A stretch of 64,000 nt of DNA, taken from IMG/VR virus record IMGVR_UViG_3300027896_000015; one strand, 5' to 3'. Of the stretch, positions 10,197-19,733 are shown piece by piece. Made by a program: the position numbers and the translations under genes. Numbering within the stretch: position 1 is the stretch's first letter; every line of letters starts with the position of its first letter. The DNA comes from an uncultured virus (IMG/VR IMGVR_UViG_3300027896_000015). Taxonomy: Duplodnaviria; Heunggongvirae; Uroviricota; Caudoviricetes. A model generated the notes under the pieces. That model had not been told where the DNA came from. It searched no databases and worked only from the letters and a program-made list of their open reading frames with translations.

Positions 10197-11624
10197 ATGA
10201 TCAGACGCTACAGTTTGAGGCGATCCGACAACGCGCCGGCCACCGGAGTAAGGGCAGCCATATTGTCTGGAAGCGGCACCATGAACGTCACAACGGGGTT
10301 CCCAGTGACGTCCGCCATGGTCGGGCACATCTCCCAGAACAGCGCCAGCTCCATGTACGTCACCCAGATGGAGGTCAGGAACTTCGACCTGACCGTAGAG
10401 GACTTCTATTACATCTTCCAGAAGGACGAGCCGACGGTCATCCACCAGATGCAGCTGGACTTCAGCCGGCACACCACTCTCCGACAGTATTCGATCACGG
10501 CGAGGATAGACGGGTACGGGCGCAACATCATCTCCAGGACGGCCGACCTGACTAGGCGCGTGCTGGTCACCGACTCGCTTGTGCTCAATCCCGACGACCG
10601 ATTGTACGTTTTTGCCGCCATAGACGACTCCTTGAAGAGCTCGTCTTCGTCGTCGACGTCCACGCTGAGCGCGTCGTCCCCGAGCACGGTGTCGGCGTCG
10701 TCGCTGTCGTCGACAAGCAAGTCGCTTTCCTCTCAGTCGCTGACGACGCAGTCGTCCGCCAGCAACTCTTCGAGCTCAAGTTCGGCGACCTTGTCCACCA
10801 GCCTGTCGTCGTCGAAAAGTTCGAAGTCGTCGTCGTCCAGCAAGTCGTCGTCCAAATCCTCGAAAAGCTCTCTGAGCTCCAGGTCTTCGTCGTCCACGAG
10901 TTCCATCAGCAGCTCGTCTACGTCCACGTCGACATCGCTCAGCCTCAGTTCGAAGTCGTCGTCGTCCACGTCGTCAAAGTCCAGCTCCAGTTCCTGGAAT
11001 TCAAGCTCATCAACGTCGTCGTCGAAGAATTCAAGTTCGTCAAGCTGCAGCGTTGCGACGTCCAGCTCGTCCTCCTCATCGTCATCTTCGTCGTCTTCGT
11101 CGTCCTCTTCCCAGTCGTTATCGTCGGAATCGTCTTCGTCCACGTCGTCCAGCAGCTCGTCTCTGGGCGATTTCCGCGTCACGCTGACGATATACTACAC
11201 GCCGGCGTCGATGTTCCGCGAGCTGGCCAGCTCGTCGTCGCTGAGCTCGGCATCCTCGTCCAGCCTGCGTTCGTCGCTCAGTTCGCAGTCGCCCAGCTCG
11301 AAATCGAGCAGTTCGCAGAGCCTGTCGTCGCTGTCGTCGAAGTCCAGCAAGTCTTCGTCGTCCAAGTCGTCCAAAAGTTCGTCCAGCGAGTCATCGTCGT
11401 CGAACGAGTCGTCGTCTTCCACGAGCACCGTAACCGAGTCGGAGTCGTCTCAGAGCATGTCATCGAAATCTTCGTCATCCGAATCGACCAGCTCGTCGTC
11501 CTTGATGCCCTATCGAGGGGCGTCATCCATCTGGGTCTCCGGATATACGAGCACGGGATTCATTGTCAGCTATGCCCATGTGCCCATCAGCACGGTCGTC
11601 AGCTTCTCCTACATGGCCATGTGA
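10197..11624 (+). CDS. Extremely Ser-rich low-complexity protein, probably structural
   Basis: Two long S/T/K tracts split by a short hydrophobic strand; ATG just after the upstream stop. Confidence 0.6.
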   Translation: MIRRYSLRRSDNAPATGVRAAILSGSGTMNVTTGFPVTSAMVGHISQNSASSMYVTQMEVRNFDLTVEDFYYIFQKDEPTVIHQMQLDFSRHTTLRQYSITARIDGYGRNIISRTADLTRRVLVTDSLVLNPDDRLYVFAAIDDSLKSSSSSSTSTLSASSPSTVSASSLSSTSKSLSSQSLTTQSSASNSSSSSSATLSTSLSSSKSSKSSSSSKSSSKSSKSSLSSRSSSSTSSISSSSTSTSTSLSLSSKSSSSTSSKSSSSSWNSSSSTSSSKNSSSSSCSVATSSSSSSSSSSSSSSSSSQSLSSESSSSTSSSSSSLGDFRVTLTIYYTPASMFRELASSSSLSSASSSSLRSSLSSQSPSSKSSSSQSLSSLSSKSSKSSSSKSSKSSSSESSSSNESSSSTSTVTESESSQSMSSKSSSSESTSSSSLMPYRGASSIWVSGYTSTGFIVSYAHVPISTVVSFSYMAM

Positions 11625-11652
11625 TGGAGTTTTGTGGCGGACGCGCCAGGAT

Positions 11653-11663
11653 TGTTGTATAAT
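11653..11663 (+). promoter_or_regulatory. Extended -10 sigma70-type promoter
   Basis: tgttgTATAAT, then AAGGAG RBS; same motif recurs near 49830, 58237 and 61714. Confidence 0.7.
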
Positions 11664-11689
11664 GCCGCCGCAAAAACAAAGGAGCCTCC

Positions 11690-13879
11690 ATGAGATGGAC
11701 ACAAGATGAAATCCTGTCGCTCTTCAAAGCCATTCAAGGAAAAACAAGCTGGAAAGAAAAAGGCATCGCCTTTCGCAAGGCGGCGCGGCAGCTCGGCAAA
11801 AGCGAAGGCTCGTGCCGAATCAAGTATGCGCGGATTGATCCGAAGCATATCCTGTCAGGATGCGGTCCTGAAAATCGGAACAGCCGCCCCTGGGAGAAAA
11901 GCGAGCTCGCCATCCTGTACAACCGGCGCCACGACCGCGGCATGAGCTTCATCGAGATCGGCGAACTGCTTGGGAGGTCTCCGATATCCTGCGAACGGCA
12001 ATATCAGGTGGCGGACTGGGATCTGATGCAGTGGATACCGTCCAGCCAGGACAAGAAGGCGGACAAGAAGGTGGACAAGAAGCCCAAGGAAGACGAATGG
12101 GTTGACAGGATATGCCAGAACGAGGACAAGGAGCGCAGCAAGCGGAGAAAAGAGGCCTTCCTGGAGAAGTTCATCGACTACATATGCGGCATGGCGCGCG
12201 GCAGCTTCGAGCGTTTCAAGCTGATCGACGAGAGAACTTTCATCAAGAAGCTTCGCGAGGCCTACGATGCGGCCCAGATCGACTTCACCGAGAAGGATCT
12301 GCCCATGCCGTTTCAGGCGATGAAGAAGCTCGCCTACAAGAAGTTCGAAAGCCTCGGCATGACGTATCCCGAACAGAAGAAGTTCGGCAAGGGCCGCTAT
12401 CTGGTCGTCGGAGACTCGCACGGGAAGCATACCCGCAGCGGAATGTTCGACCTGTTTGAACGCGTCATCAAGGAACTGAATATCGACGCGGTCGTCCATA
12501 TCGGGCACATGTTCGACGACGATGACGACGTCAGCTATCTGTGGCAGAATGTGCCGAATCTGGTCGTCGTGGGCATGCGCCCGGAGCTCGGCAGCCTGAA
12601 GAGGCAGAAGCACCGCTACGACGTCTACCGCGAAAGGGTATGCCTGGGCAAGCTGGTCGTCGGCAGCCAGTACGACGTCAACGACTTCAGCGCCAAGTTC
12701 GTCGGGAACATAGACCAGAACATCCTTCCGGGAATGTGCTGCGTGATCAACAGCCATCGGCACGAGATGTTCAAGCCCTGCCAGTACAGGGAGCCGGAGC
12801 AGTACGCCACGTACGGCGAACGCATCATCACCAGCCCAGGATGCCTGTGCGAACGCCACATCAACAAGGTTCTCAAGGAAATCCGCATGCCGAACGGCAT
12901 TCCGCAGGTCAGGGTCGCCCATCCGTTCGGTTACTCGAAGTACAACCGCCAAGAAAGGCTGTCGTCATCCTGGGAACAGGGCCTGCTGGTCGTCGACGTC
13001 GAAAGCGACGGCGGCTACACGATTCATCCGTGCAGGATTCGGGGCACATCCCGAGGCTACACGACGTCCTATTTCGACAAGATCATAACTCAAGACGGAT
13101 GCTACAAGCCCGACGACAAGATATTCTTCAACGGCGACCTTCATGTGCCGCATCATGACCGCCAAGTTCTGGACATCCAGGAACAGTTCTGCAAGGACTA
13201 TCGCCCGTCGACCGCGGTCAACGTCGGCGACGCCCTGGACAATCGGGCGATCAATCATCACATCATGGAGAGGACTCACGGCCCGACGCGCGGCGACTTT
13301 CTGTCCGACGTCAGAATCTGCCGCCACATCCTGTCGAGAATGCGTTTTTGGGCTCCTAACGCCCATATGCTTCTTGGAAATCACGAGAGGTTCATAGACG
13401 ACTTCGTCGGGCAGTATCCCCAGATGGCCAGCATGCTGGACGTGAACATGCTGCTTGGGACGAAGCAGATGAACATCAATCTTGTGCCTCTCAAGAGGGT
13501 CCTGCATTTCGGCGCGGCGAAGTTCATACACGGCGACCAGAAAATGTACGGGCAGAACGGATCGAAAATGGACAAGGTCGAGCATACGTTCGGAACCAAC
13601 ACCATTATGGGCAACCTGCATTATCCTCGCATCCGCAAAGGCTGCTATATGGTCGGCTTCTCCGGGATAATGGATCAGGGCTACAACGAGATCGATGCGT
13701 CCCAATGGATGCGCGGATTCGGATACTGCAACATTTTCGACGGCAAGGCCTTCATATCGCTGGTGAACATCGAAGAATGCCGGTGTTCGATCGGCGGAAA
13801 GTCGTACTCGCCCAGAAAGAACCTGGACGGATGGAACGCCCCTGACGCCGAACCCGTGCTGGAATTCCGCAAGGTTTAG
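11690..13879 (+). CDS. Tandem calcineurin-like metallophosphoesterase with N-terminal Myb/HTH-like repeats
   Basis: 'VVGDSHG..VHIGHMFD' and 'GDLHVPH..VGDALD..LGNHE..FIHGD'; N-terminal 'WTQDE'/'WEKSE' repeats. Confidence 0.7.
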   Translation: MRWTQDEILSLFKAIQGKTSWKEKGIAFRKAARQLGKSEGSCRIKYARIDPKHILSGCGPENRNSRPWEKSELAILYNRRHDRGMSFIEIGELLGRSPISCERQYQVADWDLMQWIPSSQDKKADKKVDKKPKEDEWVDRICQNEDKERSKRRKEAFLEKFIDYICGMARGSFERFKLIDERTFIKKLREAYDAAQIDFTEKDLPMPFQAMKKLAYKKFESLGMTYPEQKKFGKGRYLVVGDSHGKHTRSGMFDLFERVIKELNIDAVVHIGHMFDDDDDVSYLWQNVPNLVVVGMRPELGSLKRQKHRYDVYRERVCLGKLVVGSQYDVNDFSAKFVGNIDQNILPGMCCVINSHRHEMFKPCQYREPEQYATYGERIITSPGCLCERHINKVLKEIRMPNGIPQVRVAHPFGYSKYNRQERLSSSWEQGLLVVDVESDGGYTIHPCRIRGTSRGYTTSYFDKIITQDGCYKPDDKIFFNGDLHVPHHDRQVLDIQEQFCKDYRPSTAVNVGDALDNRAINHHIMERTHGPTRGDFLSDVRICRHILSRMRFWAPNAHMLLGNHERFIDDFVGQYPQMASMLDVNMLLGTKQMNINLVPLKRVLHFGAAKFIHGDQKMYGQNGSKMDKVEHTFGTNTIMGNLHYPRIRKGCYMVGFSGIMDQGYNEIDASQWMRGFGYCNIFDGKAFISLVNIEECRCSIGGKSYSPRKNLDGWNAPDAEPVLEFRKV

Positions 13880-13946
13880 AAGCCTCGACCGTCGAACAAT
13901 AAGCCTTGAGAACCGGCGTCAGAAACCATACTTGCGGCGGTAGGCA

Positions 13947-15977
13947 ATGAACATCATCAAGCTTTCTTGGTCGGATAAAAGGCGGAATCATTTCGTCAAC
14001 TTCTACGCCTTTCAGGACGACAAATCCAAGACGCCAGTGGTCCTAACCATGCCGTTCTCAATGTCAGCGGGAGACGCCAGGCAGCAGTACGACGCTGACA
14101 GATACCGCCGCGGCGTTCCTCCCTATTCCGGTCCTGTTCTCCACATCTGCCTCGATCTGGCGTCCGGGCGCCTGTATCTGCCTGACATGGAGGATGTTAA
14201 GGAGATCGAGACGGACGATCAGACGCGGGCGCTGCTCTATGCCATCAGGCTCCAGGCCGAAAAGCTGGTCGGTCCGCTTCCGATGGCGCCGATCATCAGC
14301 GGAGATCCTCTTCACACCATCCGAATCAAAAAAATCGCGGACTTTCCTTCCGCCGCCCAATTCGTCGCGCAGCACGTCAAAAAAGGCACGGCTGAACAGC
14401 ACCTGAACCTGCCTGTTGTCGAGGCTGATCTGTCGGTCATGCCCTTGACGGTATCGAGGCTTCCGGAGCCGGAGAAAGCCAAGATGACGCAGGGGACGTA
14501 CGTCGGCAAGTCGGCAGGCCCTTACGTCGAGTTCTACGCCCGGCGCGGAGAAAAAGAAAATCAGGAGGATGTGTTTCTCGCCAGCCAGAAGACGCCGTTC
14601 ATCCTGCTGAATATATCGAAGGACGCCAAAACATCGGCGGGAGACAAGGAGAGGCTTGTCGTCACCCTGCACAAGGAGTTTTTCGAGGAATCCGGAGAAT
14701 CCAAAGCCACGTCGCCCGAGAACAAAGATGTAGCGGCCATCAAATACCTGATGTATGTCGGATGGTCGTTCAAGGAACTGTGCACATGGATGTTGTCCGA
14801 GGACAACGTCGCCAACTTCAGGGACTTGATCTATAAGGGGTCGTACCTGTATAACGCCGCGAAGCTTCTGGCGAAGGACGGCTATGCGGATCCGAGCGCG
14901 AACCCGTACTATTATTCGTTCGCCTACACGAAGGAGTTCCCGATGTCGTTCAGGCCGGGCGACCCCGACAGGCCTTTGGATGTTTCCGGACAGCCCCCTA
15001 TATTTCAAGTCATGCATTTCGATCCGACGACGTCCATGGTCACCATCAAGACTCCTTTTTACATTTCCGAGGCGCTTGCCGAGAAGGTTCTGGGAGTCCA
15101 AGGGGCTTTCTTCGCGTCGCAATATGATCCGAACACCCGGTCCATAAAGATGGCGTCCGATCCTGCCGCGTTCGCGGCCGCGGCTCACCGCAGCACCCGC
15201 ATGATCCAGAACGACGTCGCCGCTGTGCACAAGCTTGAAAAAACAGCCCCGTTCAAGGAGATCGCCGAGACCGAGATTTTCTTCGAAAGGAAGAAGATAT
15301 CCGACTATCCGCAAGCGTCCGACATCATCCGCAGGCTGTGCCGGGCCATGACCACCCCTGAAAAAACGATCCGGTTCGACGATCTGGACGTCATCGTCGG
15401 TCCTTGGACGCGCGTCACAGGGGCTTCGGGAGCATACTACGACAGAAAGCGTATGCAGGCCGCGGGAATAGCCGTCCCGTTCGAGCTGATGCCCGGGTTC
15501 ATGGTGTCGCCGCCGATCATCGCGATCGACGACGCGGAACAGCCCAATATCGCCGACAGGACGCATATCATCGTCCACGAGTACCGCCATCATATCAACT
15601 CCATGCTGTGGGTCAGCGACCCTCGCGAGGTGACGAAAGAGGAAGTAGCCAAGGGCGACAGCGAGGACGAATTTTTGAAGTATCTGGACAACAAGGATGA
15701 ACGTCTGGCCCACAAGGCGCAGTTCAAGTATCTCATGGGCATCGGAATGTCGAAGGAGGAGATACTGAACCAGATGCTGCAGGACAAGGTCACGGCGTCG
15801 AACATTAGGATAGCCAAGAAGTATATGGAGATACTCAACGATGCCGCGAAGGAGATGAAGGAAGAGGAATATCAGGCGTCCGTGGAAAAGGACGTTCAAA
15901 AAGCCATGGAAGAAAACAAGTTCGATTCCGGCTCCGCTGACGAAATATTGTTCGATCCCGACGAACTTGAGCTATAA
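13947..15977 (+). CDS. Internally duplicated protein with zincin-like HExxH motif
   Basis: 'IIVHEYRHH' plus downstream 'DERLAH'; duplicated 'KKI.D.P.A' and 'KYLM..G.S..E'. Confidence 0.5.
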   Translation: MNIIKLSWSDKRRNHFVNFYAFQDDKSKTPVVLTMPFSMSAGDARQQYDADRYRRGVPPYSGPVLHICLDLASGRLYLPDMEDVKEIETDDQTRALLYAIRLQAEKLVGPLPMAPIISGDPLHTIRIKKIADFPSAAQFVAQHVKKGTAEQHLNLPVVEADLSVMPLTVSRLPEPEKAKMTQGTYVGKSAGPYVEFYARRGEKENQEDVFLASQKTPFILLNISKDAKTSAGDKERLVVTLHKEFFEESGESKATSPENKDVAAIKYLMYVGWSFKELCTWMLSEDNVANFRDLIYKGSYLYNAAKLLAKDGYADPSANPYYYSFAYTKEFPMSFRPGDPDRPLDVSGQPPIFQVMHFDPTTSMVTIKTPFYISEALAEKVLGVQGAFFASQYDPNTRSIKMASDPAAFAAAAHRSTRMIQNDVAAVHKLEKTAPFKEIAETEIFFERKKISDYPQASDIIRRLCRAMTTPEKTIRFDDLDVIVGPWTRVTGASGAYYDRKRMQAAGIAVPFELMPGFMVSPPIIAIDDAEQPNIADRTHIIVHEYRHHINSMLWVSDPREVTKEEVAKGDSEDEFLKYLDNKDERLAHKAQFKYLMGIGMSKEEILNQMLQDKVTASNIRIAKKYMEILNDAAKEMKEEEYQASVEKDVQKAMEENKFDSGSADEILFDPDELEL

Positions 15978-16324
15978 TGGCCGAGATGAACCAGGAAACG
16001 CCATCCCAAAAAGAAACGTCCCAAGCTAAGCTGGACGACATCGTGTGCCGGCTGCAGCAGGCGGAAAGCTCGATCCGCACCGGTCAGTTCGTCTACGCCT
16101 ACAGGGATTTGTGGCGCATATTGAAGGACGTCCATCGCGACACCAGCTTCGTCGACTCCCTATCGGAAGCCGAGAAGTGGAAGCTCAGGGATGCCTGCGT
16201 CGCGATGAAGCGCGCGGTCGGCTTCCTACAGAACATCATAGGCTCGCATGCTGAGACGCAAAGTGCGCTCGACTTGGCCAAATCCTTGTCGGGCAATCAC
16301 GGAAAGACCCATGCAGGGAGTTAA
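15977..16324 (+). CDS. Hypothetical protein
   Basis: Start overlaps the upstream stop. Confidence 0.55.
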   Translation: MAEMNQETPSQKETSQAKLDDIVCRLQQAESSIRTGQFVYAYRDLWRILKDVHRDTSFVDSLSEAEKWKLRDACVAMKRAVGFLQNIIGSHAETQSALDLAKSLSGNHGKTHAGS

Positions 16325-16715
16325 AATACCAAGGAAGGTCTTGAGGCGGGTTCATCGAAGCATGATCCGCCGCGCCCGTCTGCCGAAATGGATGTCCCAG
16401 GTGTGCTTATGTCCGTCCTGCGGTCTTCCGATAAGCATGTACGACATCATGTCCTTCGGCATGAAGCTGAACGCCCAGCATTTCGGGGATTTCTACGTCA
16501 TGGCCATATGCCCGAGATGCAACGCAGGCATCGATCTCCATTATAGGAACGCGTGCCCGGATGTTCATTCGTTCGTTGATTTTTTAAGAAAAGGCGGACA
16601 AGCAAAGGCCGTGTTCGCGAAGGACATTCAGGCACGAGAGAACAATCTCACGGACGAAATCATTAGGAAAATCAACAGAAAATCGAAGGGGGTGACAACC
16701 AGTGACTCTGCATAA
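16311..16715 (+). CDS. Zn-finger protein
   Basis: CPSC...CPRC; operon packing. Confidence 0.55.
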   Translation: MQGVKIPRKVLRRVHRSMIRRARLPKWMSQVCLCPSCGLPISMYDIMSFGMKLNAQHFGDFYVMAICPRCNAGIDLHYRNACPDVHSFVDFLRKGGQAKAVFAKDIQARENNLTDEIIRKINRKSKGVTTSDSA

Positions 16716-16929
16716 GAGATGTAATTGTTCAGGTTTTGTTGCGGTGTCGAAGTGCATGTTCAGGTGCAGCAACATCGAATGCGGATATTCAACCGTCAGC
16801 GAAGCCGGCACCGACGATTCGAAGACGTGCCCGAAATGCGGCTCGGCGATGGAGATGATATCCTGTTCTACGGCACCGGACGAAAAGAATGTTGTATTCT
16901 ACGGATCCGAACGAAGGGCAAAAACGTAA
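16702..16929 (+). CDS. Small Zn-ribbon protein
   Basis: 'FRCSNIECG...CPKCG'; start uncertain. Confidence 0.45.
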   Translation: MTLHKRCNCSGFVAVSKCMFRCSNIECGYSTVSEAGTDDSKTCPKCGSAMEMISCSTAPDEKNVVFYGSERRAKT

Positions 16930-16977
16930 AAACAAATTCTTGACGAACGGCCTGCTTTGCTGCAACAATGGTGCCCG

Positions 16978-18525
16978 ATGTCTGTCAAAATCGTAGCCAA
17001 CAACATTTTCTCGCGCGTCTACGGGCCTTTGGATGACGTCGTCCGATCGTCGCTGATGTCCAAGCTGTCCTATCGCATCAAGGACGCATACTTCCGCACC
17101 GGCGAGTTCGGAGACTGGGACGGCGTATGCAAGCTATTCTGGCCGTCTGAAGGCAACAAGTTCTATACCGGAATGATGTCCGTCGTCCGAGACATCCTCG
17201 ACAAGGCCGGCGTCGAGTACTCCCTTGAAGACCGCAGGCAGGCTCCAGCCCAAAACCTTCCCTACAATCTTTTCTCTCCGAAGTCTCCGAAAGAGGACCG
17301 CCTGTATCAGAACTTCACGGTCAACAAATGTCTCAAGGCCACGCGAGGCATCATTCAAAGCGCCACGGGGGCCGGCAAGACATACATGGTGACCAAGCTG
17401 ATCGGAGGAATCAAAACCAGCCCGTTCATCTTCTTCGTCCTTTCCAAGGATCTTCTGGAGCAGGCGCAGCAATGCCTGTCGGACTGCCTGAATGTGTCCG
17501 TAGGGATCGTCGGCGACGGGCAAATAGACATCCAGCCTGTCACGGTCATGACCGTCCAGACCGCCATCAGGGCAATCCACTGGAAGGACAAGAACGTCGA
17601 CTTGAACGCCTACAAATACGACGAGGATGACTCTTGGGATGACGCAACCATAGACAACGCCGGATCAGATCAAGCGGATGCGGTAGCAGCCCTTATAGCC
17701 GACGCCAAGGGGGTCTATTTCGACGAGGTGCATCACGCGGCCGCCAGGACATGTCAGGAGGTTCTTGAGTTCGCCAAGGGCGCCTATTGGCGTTTTGGGG
17801 GGTCTGCGACGCCTTTCAGGGAGGACGGGGCGGAAATGATGCTTCAGGCCCTGTTCGGCAAGACTCTTGTGTCCATATCGGCGTCCTGGCTGATCAAAAA
17901 CGGATATTTGGTCAAGCCGTATATCTTCAATATCGCTGTGCCAGGGAACACAAGCTTCATGATGTATCCGTCAATCTACAAGGAGAGAATCGTCCAAAAC
18001 GCAGACTTGAACAACTTGGTGGTTGCCTTAGCCTGCAAGATGGAATCCAGAAACATACCGTTTCTGACGCTTGTGCAGCAGTACGACCACGGAGAAAGCC
18101 TTAAAATCAGGCACAATTCAATTCCCTTTATCCGCGGCGACATGCCGAGAAAGAAACGCAAGCAGGCCATAGACGATCTGAAGGCTGGCATCATACCTGG
18201 TGCCATAGCCACCACCTTGGCTGACGAAGGGCTGGACATCGAAAGGCTTGGATCCGCGATCATCGCTGGAGGAGGAAAGTCGGTTACGAGATGCTACCAG
18301 CGTGTCGGAAGGACCCTGAGAACGTTCCCGGGCAAGAAAAGAGCCCTGGTTTTCCTGTTCCACCACAAATGCAAGTATCTGAAGGAACACGGCAGCAGGG
18401 TCAGAAGACTTCTGGCGGAGGAACCTGAGTTTTCCATATCGGATTTCACGCCAAGCACTATAATGTCCGGCATAGACGACCTTCTTGACGGAACTTCGAC
18501 GTCGAATTTGTTCGCGTCCAGTTGA
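16978..18525 (+). CDS. SF2 DExH helicase (UvsW/ResIII-like)
   Basis: 'ATGAGKT', 'FDEVHH', 'GSATP', 'EGLDI', 'QRVGRTLR'. Confidence 0.9.
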   Translation: MSVKIVANNIFSRVYGPLDDVVRSSLMSKLSYRIKDAYFRTGEFGDWDGVCKLFWPSEGNKFYTGMMSVVRDILDKAGVEYSLEDRRQAPAQNLPYNLFSPKSPKEDRLYQNFTVNKCLKATRGIIQSATGAGKTYMVTKLIGGIKTSPFIFFVLSKDLLEQAQQCLSDCLNVSVGIVGDGQIDIQPVTVMTVQTAIRAIHWKDKNVDLNAYKYDEDDSWDDATIDNAGSDQADAVAALIADAKGVYFDEVHHAAARTCQEVLEFAKGAYWRFGGSATPFREDGAEMMLQALFGKTLVSISASWLIKNGYLVKPYIFNIAVPGNTSFMMYPSIYKERIVQNADLNNLVVALACKMESRNIPFLTLVQQYDHGESLKIRHNSIPFIRGDMPRKKRKQAIDDLKAGIIPGAIATTLADEGLDIERLGSAIIAGGGKSVTRCYQRVGRTLRTFPGKKRALVFLFHHKCKYLKEHGSRVRRLLAEEPEFSISDFTPSTIMSGIDDLLDGTSTSNLFASS

Positions 18526-18527
18526 AC

Positions 18528-19733
18528 ATGAATAACACTGTGCCAAACCTTTTTGATTTGGACGGAAGCGGCGATCCGAACGTGCCGTACGACATTCTCA
18601 CCACCACCGTCCTGAAGCTTCTGCGGTCCATGCCTATCAACTATGTAGGCAACAAGAAGAAGCTTCTGGAGAACATCCTGTCCGTTCTTCACGACAACAA
18701 TATCAAGTACGATACCGTGTTCGACGCCTTCTGCGGAAGCTCGGTTGTGTCGTCCGTCTTCAGATCCATGGGTAAGAAGGTCGTTGCCAACGACCTGCTG
18801 TCGTTCTCTTCGTCGGGGGCTGTCTTCTACCTGATGTGCGACAAGATACCCCTTTCAAGAAGCGCCGCCATCGAGCTGACGAAGGACAGCGGACAGGCCG
18901 CTCCCAAATTCGTCCAAGGGAGGTACGAGAAGTTCTTCACGGATGACGAGGCAAGGCTGCTTGACGTCATCCGACACAACTTCCTGCAGTCGAAGATGGG
19001 GCGATCAGGAACCTTCACGGGCCTCGGATTGGACGGGTCGCCGAAATTCGTCGGAGGAACAGGCAAGGATGTCTCCAGCCCGGGCGACATGCTGGCATCC
19101 GCTTTCTTCATGCATTTTGTCTGCAATCATGTTCTTCACAGATGCTTTTCTGGAGGAAGATACTATAGCGGACAAACGCTGTCGCGGATAGACAAGCGCC
19201 AGCAAAAGACCAGCAAGACGATAGCCGACGACATACTGGCTTCCTTGGACGAAAACCATCATCCGGGTTCGTCCATGATCGCCCACATCGGGAGCATGCC
19301 GACGGGCACAGTTTACAACTGCGACATCCTGAAGCTGCTGGAATCCGGCAGAGTCGACGCCGACTTGGCTTATTTTGACCCGCCGTACGGAGGGGACAGC
19401 AGCGATTACGCTTCTCTTTACAGGGTCTGCGAGGAGTACATTCGCGGCCCGTCCATTGATGATCTGGACGGCACCAAGGATGCTTTCAGAAGGTTCAGAG
19501 ACAAGAAGGCTTATCAATCCAACTTCGAAAGCATGCTGGACTTGTGCCGCAAGTTCCCGTCGTGGCTGATCAGCTTCAACGAAAGTTCGTTCGCGTCCAT
19601 AGATGACATCAGCGCCATCATCCGCAGATTCAGGACGAAAATAGACGTCCGTCCGGTAAGATACCGGTACAATTACCGCAAAACAGGAGGGGGCGAGAAC
19701 AAAGAGAACGAGTATCTCGTCCTGGCGCGATGA
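18528..19733 (+). CDS. DNA adenine methyltransferase (D12/Dam class)
   Basis: 'NYVGNKKKL', 'FDAFCGS', 'YFDPPY'. Confidence 0.85.
   Translation: MNNTVPNLFDLDGSGDPNVPYDILTTTVLKLLRSMPINYVGNKKKLLENILSVLHDNNIKYDTVFDAFCGSSVVSSVFRSMGKKVVANDLLSFSSSGAVFYLMCDKIPLSRSAAIELTKDSGQAAPKFVQGRYEKFFTDDEARLLDVIRHNFLQSKMGRSGTFTGLGLDGSPKFVGGTGKDVSSPGDMLASAFFMHFVCNHVLHRCFSGGRYYSGQTLSRIDKRQQKTSKTIADDILASLDENHHPGSSMIAHIGSMPTGTVYNCDILKLLESGRVDADLAYFDPPYGGDSSDYASLYRVCEEYIRGPSIDDLDGTKDAFRRFRDKKAYQSNFESMLDLCRKFPSWLISFNESSFASIDDISAIIRRFRTKIDVRPVRYRYNYRKTGGGENKENEYLVLAR

Noticed and set aside
10409..11526. Asp/Glu-rich minus-strand ORFs and other long antisense ORFs (e.g. 14064-15899, 28852-30516)
   Set aside because: Shadows of GC-rich or poly-Ser coding sequence on the + strand.
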